64,000 bases of DNA, from the sequence record OR805294.1; one strand, 5' to 3'. Below the pieces are notes generated by a model. It had not been told where the DNA came from. It made no database searches and worked only from the letters and a program-made list of their open reading frames with translations. Made by a program: the position numbers and the translations under genes. How positions within the stretch are numbered: the stretch's first letter is position 1; each line of letters begins with the position of its first letter. Below, in pieces: positions 50,945 to 60,646 of the stretch.

Positions 50945-51360
50945 CTAACAACCCCGGAGATTCAAAAATGATCGTAGAAAACGCCAAGCAAGCCGCCGAA
51001 GACTTCAAAACTTCCATGGCTAAGATTTTTCCGAATTACATCGCCGGTGCGTCGGTTTCCGATAACCTTGGTCCGGCGATGACAATTTCGTTTGCGAATG
51101 TCGGTTGCGCTTCCGAAGCCCCTAACAGCATTCTGATAAATGCGAGCGGTTACATGCGCTTTATGATGCATTTGTGTGACAATTGCGGGAATGTATTGCC
51201 AGAAGGTTCGCCGGTAGAAATTGAGCTGCTAATGTGGTCTATCCCCTATCGTTCGGAAGTAATCAAGTTCCGCAAGATCAAGGGCAAGACACCAGCCGAA
51301 GCTATGCAAAAGCTAGTCAAGTGGTTTGAAAAAAACGCCGAAGCTATCCGGGGTCTGTAA
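50941..51360 (+). CDS. hypothetical protein
   Basis: ATGA-coupled; C-terminal FRKIKGKTPAEAMQKLVKWF. Confidence 0.75.
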   Translation: MTNNPGDSKMIVENAKQAAEDFKTSMAKIFPNYIAGASVSDNLGPAMTISFANVGCASEAPNSILINASGYMRFMMHLCDNCGNVLPEGSPVEIELLMWSIPYRSEVIKFRKIKGKTPAEAMQKLVKWFEKNAEAIRGL

Positions 51361-51384
51361 TGGTCTCCACGTAGGACACGCAGA

Positions 51385-51786
51385 ATGAACATTGTGTTGG
51401 ACAAATTGCTGTTTGGCGGTTTCATCGACCAGCACCGCAATGAACTTGCCCAGCAACAACTGAATCGGTTGTTTGCCAAGTACGGTGAGCCGAAGATTGG
51501 TATCACACGGGCATGCTTTCTATCTAAGCATTACGTCCTGAAGTTCCCGATTAATGACAGGGGTGAGCGGTGCAACGATTGGGAAGGTAGCTGTTCCGGC
51601 AGCTACTTGGCACGCGGACGCTGGCTAGAAATCGGAGGCTTCATTTGCGTCATGCAAGAGCGTTTGGTTGAAGTGGATTGGAAGAACAACACCCATGCAA
51701 ACTTTCCTGATTGGGTAGGCAGCATAGATTGTGGTCAAGTCGGCTACGATAAACATGGCGTTCTGAAAGCGTATGACTTCGGGTGA
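51385..51786 (+). CDS. miniature protein-kinase-like fold protein
   Basis: G..R..F, VLKFP, NDWE, D..Q.G, terminal AYDFG. Confidence 0.55.
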   Translation: MNIVLDKLLFGGFIDQHRNELAQQQLNRLFAKYGEPKIGITRACFLSKHYVLKFPINDRGERCNDWEGSCSGSYLARGRWLEIGGFICVMQERLVEVDWKNNTHANFPDWVGSIDCGQVGYDKHGVLKAYDFG

Positions 51787-51789
51787 AGC

Positions 51790-52074
51790 ATGACCATCAA
51801 TTTGTTTGTCGTCAACATAAAGAACGAACCTATCCCAACCGACCACAAGTCGATACTCCGCTATCTTGGCCTTAGCCTGCACACGCAAGGCCGTCGCGTA
51901 TCTGCCAAATTCAGCAGCGGTAAGTTGAAGCTGAACAACTACAACATCGAATTTTTTCACATGGCGGACGAGAACGATGAACTTCGCCGCCTTTGCTCCT
52001 GCGCTAAGCAATATAACCTCAGCATGACACTGCGCAGAATGATTGACGCAGTCCTTAAAAGAGACAAGCCATGA
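51790..52074 (+). CDS. hypothetical protein
   Basis: coupled ORF. Confidence 0.65.
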   Translation: MTINLFVVNIKNEPIPTDHKSILRYLGLSLHTQGRRVSAKFSSGKLKLNNYNIEFFHMADENDELRRLCSCAKQYNLSMTLRRMIDAVLKRDKP

Positions 52075-52259
52075 CCGACATTAAAAAGCTGAAGGAGTTA
52101 GCGGAACGGGCTACTCCTGGTCCCTGGTCTGCGTCTTGGAAGGAAGGCGATGACCATTTGGGGCGAATTGCTTACTTCGTGTCAACTGGTCAATACAACA
52201 TCACAAAAGAAACAGTCTTCGACATAGTGAATGTGGTTCCCGAAAATGTGTGCTCCTGA
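52071..52259 (+). CDS. Ead/Ea22-like protein, short or truncated
   Basis: LKELAERATPGPW. Confidence 0.65.
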   Translation: MTDIKKLKELAERATPGPWSASWKEGDDHLGRIAYFVSTGQYNITKETVFDIVNVVPENVCS

Positions 52260-52401
52260 CGCATCTACAGCATGGGAGGCTGCCTTTGTGTTTTTCACAC
52301 TCGCAGGAGGCCCATTGCTTTGCTGTATTGCAATTCTTCTAGCGCCGGAGCCATGCCGACAGACCAAACACACCCAGCGATAAGCGGGAAGAGAGGAATC
52401 C

Positions 52402-52506
52402 ATGCCAACCCTTTTTGAGTTCGCTGCAATGTGGGGAATTCTGCTTCTGACGATGTTTTTGCCGATCCGTTTGAATCGTCGCCCTATTCAACCGCAAGAC
52501 GCCTGA
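52402..52506 (+). CDS. 34-aa membrane peptide
   Basis: GAGAGGA RBS; MPTLFEFAAMWGILLLTMFLPIRL. Confidence 0.6.
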   Translation: MPTLFEFAAMWGILLLTMFLPIRLNRRPIQPQDA

Positions 52507-52522
52507 CAGGCAGGAGAACAGA

Positions 52523-52810
52523 ATGAGCATCGTTAAAGTTGCCACTTTCCGAAACGCTGTCGCCCACCTTTTCCGCGTGGTCAATGTCGACTATCACGCT
52601 TGCGTCCGCCCGGCTGAGCTGCGCAACTGGCAAAGCATCGCTATCCGCGTTCTAGCCGAAGTCAATGCTCTAGAATGCAAGCGAGCCAACCAGGATGACC
52701 GTGATTACCAGCGCTGCACTGTCGATGCTGCCCGCGAACGTATAAGCCAAGCCGACTTGCGGCTCGCCCAGCTCGAAGCTGCCGGTGACCTCAAAGAAGA
52801 CAAAAAATAA
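52523..52810 (+). CDS. hypothetical protein
   Basis: AGGAGA RBS, GC-rich. Confidence 0.8.
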   Translation: MSIVKVATFRNAVAHLFRVVNVDYHACVRPAELRNWQSIAIRVLAEVNALECKRANQDDRDYQRCTVDAARERISQADLRLAQLEAAGDLKEDKK

Positions 52811-52863
52811 TTGAAGTAAAGTGAAAGAAATATCATTATGATCTACTAGAAGGAGCAGCATAC

Positions 52864-53094
52864 ATGAGCCTTAAATATAACGGATATGTCTTTAACATCG
52901 GTATCCTTGGCCAAAACGAAGCTATTAGTGAATACGCCTATCCCACCGATGATCCCGAAAGTGATAAAAAGAAAGCTTTTTTGGCTGCAATGGCAAAATT
53001 CGTCGAATCAGATGATTTCGAGAAATTTACTAATCAAATGTATAACAATTTCTCGATTAATGTTCAAGCCCTAGTTTCTACGTCTACGGAGTAA
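52864..53094 (+). CDS. hypothetical protein
   Basis: AGGAG RBS. Confidence 0.75.
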   Translation: MSLKYNGYVFNIGILGQNEAISEYAYPTDDPESDKKKAFLAAMAKFVESDDFEKFTNQMYNNFSINVQALVSTSTE

Positions 53095-53456
53095 ATTAAT
53101 GAACATCTTAAAACATATATATTGGGCTGTGCGTTATGGTGATTGGAATATAGGATGGGATCCGACTTGGGGTAGCAAACCTGATGAACCTTTTATTTGG
53201 TGTAAGCCGATATATTATGACGGACATCATTGCTACCTGCGAGTAGGCTACTTTTGGATAGGAGTAACATACTAACATTTACAATATATCTATAAAAGAA
53301 TATATCAGTAACACAGTTGTTAAATTGCAAACACTAATTAATCTTATTTGCATTTGCTATCTTGTATAATAGAAACGACTTCTAAACATGGATATGAGAT
53401 GGAAAACTTAGATAGGATCTCTGTTACAAATTTTTGAGTTACAATACATAGTAGTT

Positions 53457-53858
53457 TTGCTATTATGTGTTTATAGAAGTTTAATAACAGAACTAAAACA
53501 TAAAGGATTGTCTGTCATGAAAAGTTACGCAAAGTTTTATGTAGGGAAAAACATATATGATGCTGAAGTGCCGGATTTGGACATAAACATGTCAGATGCA
53601 GAACTTTTCGAAGTAGCACTGCATCAAATGGCAGTACAGTGGTCTAGCACTGCCGGGCATCCGCATCACAAGGATGCAATGCGTAAAGACGGCAAGGTAG
53701 CCCGGAGTAAAGAACGGGTGTATATTCGCGGCAACGGCTGGTCCGTTTCGTTACATAGTCCTGAATTTGTAGAAAAACATTCGGCATACCTTGCCGCAGC
53801 GGAGTGGAAACTACTAACAGATTTGCTTGTGTTTGACACTTGCTGGAACGCTAATTAG
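53457..53858 (+). CDS. hypothetical protein (start probably 53517)
   Basis: AAGGA RBS before MKSYAKF. Confidence 0.75.
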   Translation: MLLCVYRSLITELKHKGLSVMKSYAKFYVGKNIYDAEVPDLDINMSDAELFEVALHQMAVQWSSTAGHPHHKDAMRKDGKVARSKERVYIRGNGWSVSLHSPEFVEKHSAYLAAAEWKLLTDLLVFDTCWNAN

Positions 53859-53885
53859 TAATTCTCTCTACACAGGAGAACGGCA

Positions 53886-54218
53886 ATGAATACTATCAGT
53901 GTAAGAAATATGCGTTATATTGTACGTGGTTTTGTTACTCATGCAATTGCCCAGGGTTATTCAGTTTCCGTTTATGAAGGGGGTGATTGGGCGATCGAGA
54001 AGAGTACTTCTGTAAAAGATATTATGAATTCTATCATGTCTACTGACAGTGATACATTCTGTATTTATAATGCAGAGAAAGTGAAGGTAGGCCATGTGTA
54101 TTGCATTTATTGCAATAGTGATTACGAAGTTATTGCAGATTACACTGATTCGCCTCTTATGCAATCAATTCTCGTCGAAGCTCTACGCAGAGCAAATCGA
54201 ATAGAAGAGCTGAGCTGA
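53886..54218 (+). CDS. hypothetical protein
   Basis: AGGAGA RBS; terminator at 54222-54252. Confidence 0.8.
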   Translation: MNTISVRNMRYIVRGFVTHAIAQGYSVSVYEGGDWAIEKSTSVKDIMNSIMSTDSDTFCIYNAEKVKVGHVYCIYCNSDYEVIADYTDSPLMQSILVEALRRANRIEELS

Positions 54219-54325
54219 GAAAAAGAAGCAGGAATAATTCCTGCTTCTTTTTCATATGTTACAAGTTAAACAAGATTAATTTGCATTTGCTATGTAATAA
54301 TATTTTCTATTGAATTAAATATTAC

Positions 54326-54562
54326 ATGTGTTACTATATGCACAATGCTGTTAAACAAAGCGATAAATTAATAATTATGGCAAATAAATTACATATCATC
54401 TGTGCAAAATGTGGTAGCACTCTTATAAACATAAAAATACCAAAGGTATGTGCAGATGATCCATTAAATGTAGTATATTTTTCGTGCGAAAACTGTAAGG
54501 AACTTACAGGCATATACGAATGGGCAGAAACAAATAATCGCAAAGTAGTTGACGATAGGTAA
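54326..54562 (+). CDS. zinc-ribbon protein
   Basis: CAKCGS ... SCENC. Confidence 0.6.
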   Translation: MCYYMHNAVKQSDKLIIMANKLHIICAKCGSTLINIKIPKVCADDPLNVVYFSCENCKELTGIYEWAETNNRKVVDDR

Positions 54563-54569
54563 GAAGTAA

Positions 54570-54875
54570 ATGGAAGCATATACAGATTATCCTATCATAA
54601 TGATCGGAGATGTTCCGTATGAAGAAGCACCTATAAGAAAAATAATTATAAAAGGTTATGATTTTAAATATATCTGGGCAGTATACCATTATATGGATTT
54701 AATTCCTATAAGGCTTCAGATAAAACGCTGTTATGTGTACGAAACTCCAGGTAGAGTAGGTTATGTAAAATCTATTAGAGAAGAAGTATTAAGAAAACGC
54801 AAAAAGAAACAACGTGACATATATGAATACGATACATATCAAGATGAAGACGATTTTTGGAAAGGAATGTATTAA
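54570..54875 (+). CDS. hypothetical protein
   Basis: AYTDYP ... APIR ... YD pattern. Confidence 0.7.
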   Translation: MEAYTDYPIIMIGDVPYEEAPIRKIIIKGYDFKYIWAVYHYMDLIPIRLQIKRCYVYETPGRVGYVKSIREEVLRKRKKKQRDIYEYDTYQDEDDFWKGMY

Positions 54876-55170
54876 AATGCATAATACCCGTATTGTTGTT
54901 CGACTCAATGTTATCACTCCTATTTCAACTGCTAATGGCGTTGTAGTTGATTCGGTAGTCCGCGGGCATCGAGCAGGCATTAAGCAAGGCAAACAAATGT
55001 ATCATGTTTATTCTATTCAAACAGGCGAGTATCTCGGTTTGAAATCAGAAGACGACGTAAGTGAAATTAAACCGTCTTCGTATGAAGAATTTCTTACTCC
55101 GAGAACAATTACTTCAAACGAAGTAGAACAAGTTAAATCTTCTTTCGAATGGTACGAAGCTAACATTTGA
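54814..55170 (+). CDS. hypothetical protein (start probably 54877)
   Basis: ORF; terminator at 55172-55200. Confidence 0.7.
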   Translation: MTYMNTIHIKMKTIFGKECIKMHNTRIVVRLNVITPISTANGVVVDSVVRGHRAGIKQGKQMYHVYSIQTGEYLGLKSEDDVSEIKPSSYEEFLTPRTITSNEVEQVKSSFEWYEANI

Positions 55171-55239
55171 TATAAAGGGGGAATAATTCCCCCTTTATTT
55201 TTCTTTTATAAACATAAATAATTCGCATTTGCACCGAAG

Positions 55240-55369
55240 ATGCTTTATAACGCATAAATTTACATAGCTAATACATACATATTGCTAACGTTAAAAAGCG
55301 CGTTATATAGCTTATAATTGCATATTGTGCAATGCATTTGTTGGTGTTATATTAAGTATGCGCAACAAT
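55240..55369. other. GA/TC-free island (130 nt)
   Basis: hand scan. Confidence 0.8.
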
Positions 55370-55696
55370 CAACTATACAAAAACATTTATTATGGAGATA
55401 CAACAATGAAAAATACACTGTGTCTCGTTGCATTTTTGGGTCTCACAGTAATAGCTCATACCTATGCAGCAGATTCTGCAAATAAAGATGTGAGCACCCT
55501 CATTATGGAACAGGATCTAGAAACATATCTAAATGAAGAGTTTGGATTAACAGGGAAAGTTAATTGCAATAATGCTGTTAACGGAATGTTCGAGTGTGTC
55601 ATGCACGACGGACAAAAGAAATACATGTTTGCATGTAATGCAGAAGACAGTGTATGCATAGTTGTATCTGTCCCGATTAAAGGAATTCGGTTATAA
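55325..55696 (+). CDS. secreted protein with signal peptide (start probably 55406)
   Basis: GGAG RBS; MKNTLCLVAFLGLTVIAHTYA. Confidence 0.7.
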   Translation: MCNAFVGVILSMRNNQLYKNIYYGDTTMKNTLCLVAFLGLTVIAHTYAADSANKDVSTLIMEQDLETYLNEEFGLTGKVNCNNAVNGMFECVMHDGQKKYMFACNAEDSVCIVVSVPIKGIRL

Positions 55697-56055
55697 AAAA
55701 AGCTCTTTCAAGTGTATTAGGTATCATTGTTCTGTTACTAGGCGTATTTATGGTAGATAATCCTACAATAGGATTAATGCTAGGAGGGTTAGTAGGTAGT
55801 TATATTTTCAGCATAGGCGGAGTAATTCTATGTGTTATATCGTTTATGATATTTGCACTTGCCTTTGTTGAGATGAAATGAATAAATGCATAAACAGGTA
55901 CTGTATAAAAATAAAGAAAGATTAGATTTTGTCTGTAATAGTTATATATTTTTCAATGTAATATTCTTCATTTTCATTGCATGCGTTACAAAATAGATCA
56001 CAAAAAGTTTTAAAATTCAGTTTACAGCATGCATAGTTTTACGTATTATAAACAC

Positions 56056-56360
56056 ACAAAGCAATACAGCATAACGCATTGTAAGCAACACTAAACGGGA
56101 GACACCGTCCCGCAAGCAGCCCGCCCGCGATGTTCGCGGGCTGCGGCAAACAGGTGTACAAGGTCTAGTAACGTGGAAGGCGCAGCATACCTTTCCCTAA
56201 ATCGGAAATCGGTCAATGACGTACCTGCCCCTGGACACTGCTAGACCTTGCTGCTACAGGCGGGACAGCTACAAAGGTACACTGTATGTATCTATGCTTT
56301 ACCCCGCTTTGTAGCAGGTCTTAAAACGGTCTACTGGCATATGCCTTAGTGCTAGTAGGA
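56056..56360 (+). ncRNA. candidate GC-rich structured ncRNA D (~300 nt)
   Basis: TTTACA(56021)-17-TATTAT promoter, no + strand ORF, 9-12 bp helices. Confidence 0.7.
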
Positions 56361-56819
56361 ATCATTAACCTAAAACTATTATATGCTTCCTGGAGGTGAA
56401 GAGTATGCCGCCGCAGCATTAAATATACATTATGATGATGATAATTATGAATGCCGAAACACCGCTTCGATTCGTTTAAAAGACAGATGTCTGAATCGAA
56501 TGTTTTTGGGCAAAAAGGTCCCTTAGATGGGATTTTTTTGCGGCTGTTAACTAGCAAACGCGAATTAATCTTATTTGCAATTTAAGAAAAATACCAGTTG
56601 ACTGTAGCTTGTTAACATAGTACATTTAACTCATAAATCCGCAGGAGTAGCAGTTATGTCGCTGAAAAAGAAACTTTTAAATTCTGTGCAGATTAAATAT
56701 TTCGGCAACATTTATACTTACATTTATGATGCCGTTCATGACGTTATTTATTTCGATAACCAGCAAATGTCTTATGCCGAATTTGAAGAGGCAGTAGACT
56801 GTAAGCTAGGAGAAGTTCT

Positions 56820-57095
56820 GTGAATGAATATGTTGATACACACAGAGCTAAAAGAATACTAATAATTTCTTCTATATGTTTTTTTGTAACTGGCATTCTG
56901 ATAGGATACAGCCTAGCGTCGAATTCTGAGTCTGCTTCGTTATATATGCAGTATAAGGAACTTGTAAAGTCTTGCGAAGCAGAATTGCCAAGAAATGAAA
57001 ATTGCCAAGTAATCGTATATGCTATACCAACACCCGAAGTAGAAGAAGAGAAACTAGAAATACAAACAATTCTTAGAGGGGTCGAAATAAAATGA
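56820..57095 (+). CDS. TM-anchored hypothetical protein
   Basis: AGGAGA RBS, GTG start. Confidence 0.7.
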   Translation: MNEYVDTHRAKRILIISSICFFVTGILIGYSLASNSESASLYMQYKELVKSCEAELPRNENCQVIVYAIPTPEVEEEKLEIQTILRGVEIK

Positions 57096-57328
57096 GCGTA
57101 TACTGTAATTGCATAGCATGCGGTGGAGATGATCCGTATGCTGTATGTGAAAATGTGTTAATGGATATCCAAAAGCACAAATATAATACTGGTCCCAGCT
57201 GGGGGCTGGTAGTTGCGGCAGTATTGTGTTTGGTAGGAATGGGATTAGCAGGTAACGCAGCACTATCTGATAAAAAAGAAACACCGTGCGAAACTACACA
57301 ACAAAAACAAGAGGTGTATAATGAGTAA
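57092..57328 (+). CDS. hypothetical membrane protein
   Basis: coupled ORF with one TM segment. Confidence 0.65.
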   Translation: MSVYCNCIACGGDDPYAVCENVLMDIQKHKYNTGPSWGLVVAAVLCLVGMGLAGNAALSDKKETPCETTQQKQEVYNE

Positions 57329-57527
57329 CAAAACAACAGACATGCTGGTAGATGAATTTCTGTGCGAGCGTGCATCTTTTTCTCCGTTTAGCGAAGGTGT
57401 TCATGCAGCTAAACTAGGGCAGAAATATACAGACTGCCCGTATACCAAAAATGAGCCGTATGAACGTAACGAATGGATTCGAGGACATCAAATGTGGCAT
57501 GATTATTCTGTTCAACAATACAAATAA
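57321..57527 (+). CDS. RMF/CrpP-fold (ribosome modulation factor-like) protein
   Basis: FSEGVHAAKLGQKYTDCPY...RNEWIRGH vs RMF QRGYQAGIAGRSKEMCPY...RSQWLGGW. Confidence 0.65.
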   Translation: MSNKTTDMLVDEFLCERASFSPFSEGVHAAKLGQKYTDCPYTKNEPYERNEWIRGHQMWHDYSVQQYK

Positions 57528-57542
57528 TATTCAGAGGATATT

Positions 57543-57746
57543 ATGAAGAAACTATCTATGTGCGATTTTGCCAAATGGAAGGCAAACTATTACAGCACTA
57601 ATAAATCCGGTCAGCCACTCCGGCTAGGACAAGCATTTATTAACGAATTTTCCGAACAGGGTGATATGCCTCAGCCAAATCTATATTATGAAGAAGATAA
57701 TGCAACTGCTGAGCTTATCATTCTAGAAAAATACATTATGTACTAA
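57543..57746 (+). CDS. hypothetical protein
   Basis: GAGGA RBS; LRLGQAFIN. Confidence 0.75.
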   Translation: MKKLSMCDFAKWKANYYSTNKSGQPLRLGQAFINEFSEQGDMPQPNLYYEEDNATAELIILEKYIMY

Positions 57747-57756
57747 GGAAGTAGTA

Positions 57757-57951
57757 ATGTATCTTGCACACCTATTCGCTTTGGTCCCGTCTATGTTTGC
57801 AGTATTAATTAATGCTATCTTTATTAAATACGGTTTGGGACCTGCTTCTATAATAGTATTTATGGCCTTAGTTGTAACTGTAACAGGAATTGGGTCTGTA
57901 ATAGATATGATGCGTGCATTGTCTGAAGTAGACAATATTATTGATAGATAG
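57757..57951 (+). CDS. small membrane protein
   Basis: two TM segments. Confidence 0.65.
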   Translation: MYLAHLFALVPSMFAVLINAIFIKYGLGPASIIVFMALVVTVTGIGSVIDMMRALSEVDNIIDR

Positions 57952-58276
57952 TATTTATGTATGCATAAGAGAACTTATGAAACTCAACGAAGTTACTACA
58001 ATTTCTGATCTAGACAATATTCCTGTCACTGACAAATTTATAGTTGTCGGCGAAGATATGGTAGGTCTTGCTTTTATCGATAACGATGGAAAGTTAAATG
58101 ATGGATTCTTTTTTGAGTGTACTTATACTCAGAATAAGGAACAAATATTTAAAGCTGTTCAACATTTAAAAAAACAAGTAGATGAATTAAATAATTGTAA
58201 TAAAGAGAAAGTTATAGCACATATCATGCGAGCTCCTGAGTTTGCATATGTTTGGGTATACTTTGAACAAAAATAA
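57941..58276 (+). CDS. hypothetical protein
   Basis: ORF in operon. Confidence 0.65.
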   Translation: MIDSIYVCIRELMKLNEVTTISDLDNIPVTDKFIVVGEDMVGLAFIDNDGKLNDGFFFECTYTQNKEQIFKAVQHLKKQVDELNNCNKEKVIAHIMRAPEFAYVWVYFEQK

Positions 58277-58558
58277 TAGTTCTATATTTTTTGATATATG
58301 CAAACGCAAATAATTAGAATTTGCAGAACCTGTTACAAACTTTCTGTTTATATAAAATACAATCATGCTATAATAGTTTATAATAAAAATGTAAGCATAT
58401 AGCACCAAAAGAACAAAGATGAAGTTCATTCTTTGTCTAAAGATTAAGTTTGCTGAGAATTTTGATAAGAAACTTCAACTGCTAGATATTATATCAATAG
58501 TGCATTTATCATGCATTGAACAGAAAAGAAGTACTCTTTTATCTACGAGGAAAAGCAA

Positions 58559-58774
58559 ATGAAATACAAAATCATTCTTCAAAACCGTAGCAATGGTGTT
58601 GTCGCTGAATTTTCGGTAGATAACGAAATTAACCCCGAGATCATGGATACTTCTATTATTGTTCATGAAGGGACATCGTATATGTTTACTGGCCAGCGCG
58701 GTTCTTACTACGATATCCTTTATTTTAGTGAAATATATAAGACTATTAACACGACAGACTTGTCGTTGCTATAA
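58559..58774 (+). CDS. hypothetical protein
   Basis: GAGGA RBS. Confidence 0.75.
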   Translation: MKYKIILQNRSNGVVAEFSVDNEINPEIMDTSIIVHEGTSYMFTGQRGSYYDILYFSEIYKTINTTDLSLL

Positions 58775-58847
58775 CAGAAAACGCTTTACAATAGCTCTAA
58801 ATGTGCTATTATGTAGTTGTACATAAAACAACGCAGGAGATTATATC

Positions 58848-59045
58848 ATGCGTAGCACACTCGGAGTAGAACATGCATCGAGAGAAATTCTTTCTGCATG
58901 GGTCGATGTAATGCAGCAACTCAACTGTGAGCATTTCTATAGCGAACTGAAAGACAATGCAGTTCGCTTAGATTTACAGGAATATATGTATACTGAACGT
59001 CTCGTTCAGTATTATACAGATCTTCCAGTCACTAATGCTAGTTGA
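58848..59045 (+). CDS. hypothetical protein
   Basis: AGGAGA RBS, TTTACA-16-TATTAT promoter, terminator at 59077-59105. Confidence 0.75.
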   Translation: MRSTLGVEHASREILSAWVDVMQQLNCEHFYSELKDNAVRLDLQEYMYTERLVQYYTDLPVTNAS

Positions 59046-59158
59046 TGCCTTCGCCGGGCGTGAACTACATTTATTAGGAAAGGGGTTTTAAGCCCCTTTC
59101 CTTTTGAATGTTAAGTGTAAGTGCAAATTAATCTTATTTGCTTGTTACAATTTAGTTC

Positions 59159-59677
59159 TTGAATTCACACATAATAGTATGTATAGTTTTAATATATAAG
59201 ATACAAACATACGAGGTTGTAAAAATGAAACTTCATAAAATGAATGGTAATATTTTTATTCGGTTTGAAGTAGATACTTCATCGGATAATTTTGTAGAAA
59301 AAGTTTACGAAGAAATTATGCAGCTTCCTGCAAAATTGTATTTCGAAAAGATAGAACGTAGAACTTGGTTCTGTAGCTTTTACACAGGCTACGACGAATT
59401 GGTGGAATTCGTCAATGAAATAAAAGACAGAGTTAGTTCAGAAGGTGTTTTCTTTGACAGGCCATTGCAGCTAACTCTTATCAATTCGGGCGGGGTAGAA
59501 GTAAATATTTCCGATATAGAACCGGATCTTCACTATCTCTTTGATAACGATATTACAACTACAAAACTTATCTCTATGGAAGGATCCTGCAATATGGTAG
59601 ATTTGCTCATGTGCGAATGGGTACCTATTAGCATTCGAACTTCTATTGCTAAGGCATTTACTGACAAATTTTTATAA
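59159..59677 (+). CDS. hypothetical protein (start probably 59225)
   Basis: GAGGT RBS. Confidence 0.7.
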   Translation: MNSHIIVCIVLIYKIQTYEVVKMKLHKMNGNIFIRFEVDTSSDNFVEKVYEEIMQLPAKLYFEKIERRTWFCSFYTGYDELVEFVNEIKDRVSSEGVFFDRPLQLTLINSGGVEVNISDIEPDLHYLFDNDITTTKLISMEGSCNMVDLLMCEWVPISIRTSIAKAFTDKFL

Positions 59678-59688
59678 TAAAATACCTG

Positions 59689-60417
59689 TTGACGCATATA
59701 GCAATATGCGCAATAATATGCACGAAAGCAAGAACAGATCCAAATAACCTTTTTATAAGAGATTATATTATGTCTAAGTATCTTTCTTTTAGCGTAAACG
59801 TAGACATGGACAACACTGGTCTGTTGAAATGGTTGCGTCCTACTACCGGTCGGTTGGATGGATTCGAAGAGAGTGTTAAAAACTTCGTTTCTTCTTTCCG
59901 CTCAGTCGAGTCGAGCCCTACGGTGTTTCAAGTTTACGATGACGATGATCAGCCGTTGCAAGTAAGCAACATGAGCTGCTTCTTCCGATACTTTCCGGTG
60001 TATGGTATGTGCCTTGCTCCGGGTTCGATGGTCAGGGACCAATATCGTCGGGAGATCCTCGACTATACTACTGACGAGTTCTGTTCATTCAGTAACTACT
60101 TCAGTGACGGCAAGGCCATCCGCGGCGGGGCAGTCTTGTGGTGGGATGTAGAGAAAGACTTGGTATGGTCTGTTAGTCCCGAATTGATTCGCCTCGTATA
60201 TGCCCGCTTGCAAAGCGATATGGACATCGGGTGGTATCATCTCGGGCAAGAAGTTATGGCTGTAGTTCCCCTTCGTTCGTATCCCAACGATGTTGCCCGA
60301 TGGAAATATGTACAAGGTAATATCTGCGGCATCGATGATCAAGTGAGCATTCGCAGCAATGTCGACGGTCGAGTCACCCGGCTTAATTGGGAATACATCG
60401 TGACCCAAGGGGGATAA
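59689..60417 (+). CDS. hypothetical protein (start probably 59770)
   Basis: TTGACG-17-AATAAT promoter at 59689; LWWDVEKDLVWS. Confidence 0.8.
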   Translation: MTHIAICAIICTKARTDPNNLFIRDYIMSKYLSFSVNVDMDNTGLLKWLRPTTGRLDGFEESVKNFVSSFRSVESSPTVFQVYDDDDQPLQVSNMSCFFRYFPVYGMCLAPGSMVRDQYRREILDYTTDEFCSFSNYFSDGKAIRGGAVLWWDVEKDLVWSVSPELIRLVYARLQSDMDIGWYHLGQEVMAVVPLRSYPNDVARWKYVQGNICGIDDQVSIRSNVDGRVTRLNWEYIVTQGG

Positions 60418-60418
60418 T

Positions 60419-60646
60419 ATGGGCGGCCTTGCTAATATAGTTGCATGCATAGCTTCTATTGTTGCAATTGTTACTGGAAATATCTGGTATTTTATCGCAC
60501 TGTTGCTATGCACAGCATTTATGTCGCCCGAACGAAAAGGATCATTAATTGATGTATTTTCGGTCATTGTCGGGATTGGTGCTATATTTAACGGAGACAT
60601 TGCATGGGGCATAGTGTTCATAGCATTAGTGATAATAGTTAAATAG
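60419..60646 (+). CDS. small membrane protein with internal repeat
   Basis: GNIWYFIAL / GDIAWGIVFIAL; terminator follows. Confidence 0.7.
   Translation: MGGLANIVACIASIVAIVTGNIWYFIALLLCTAFMSPERKGSLIDVFSVIVGIGAIFNGDIAWGIVFIALVIIVK

Noticed and set aside
49641-52810. Intact prophage or mobile element
   Set aside because: No integrase, transposase, att sites or terminal repeats seen
56160-56200. SRP RNA or tmRNA
   Set aside because: GGAAGG-CGCAGCA only loosely resembles SRP helix 8 and cannot form its stem; no tRNA-like T-arm or CCA end for tmRNA
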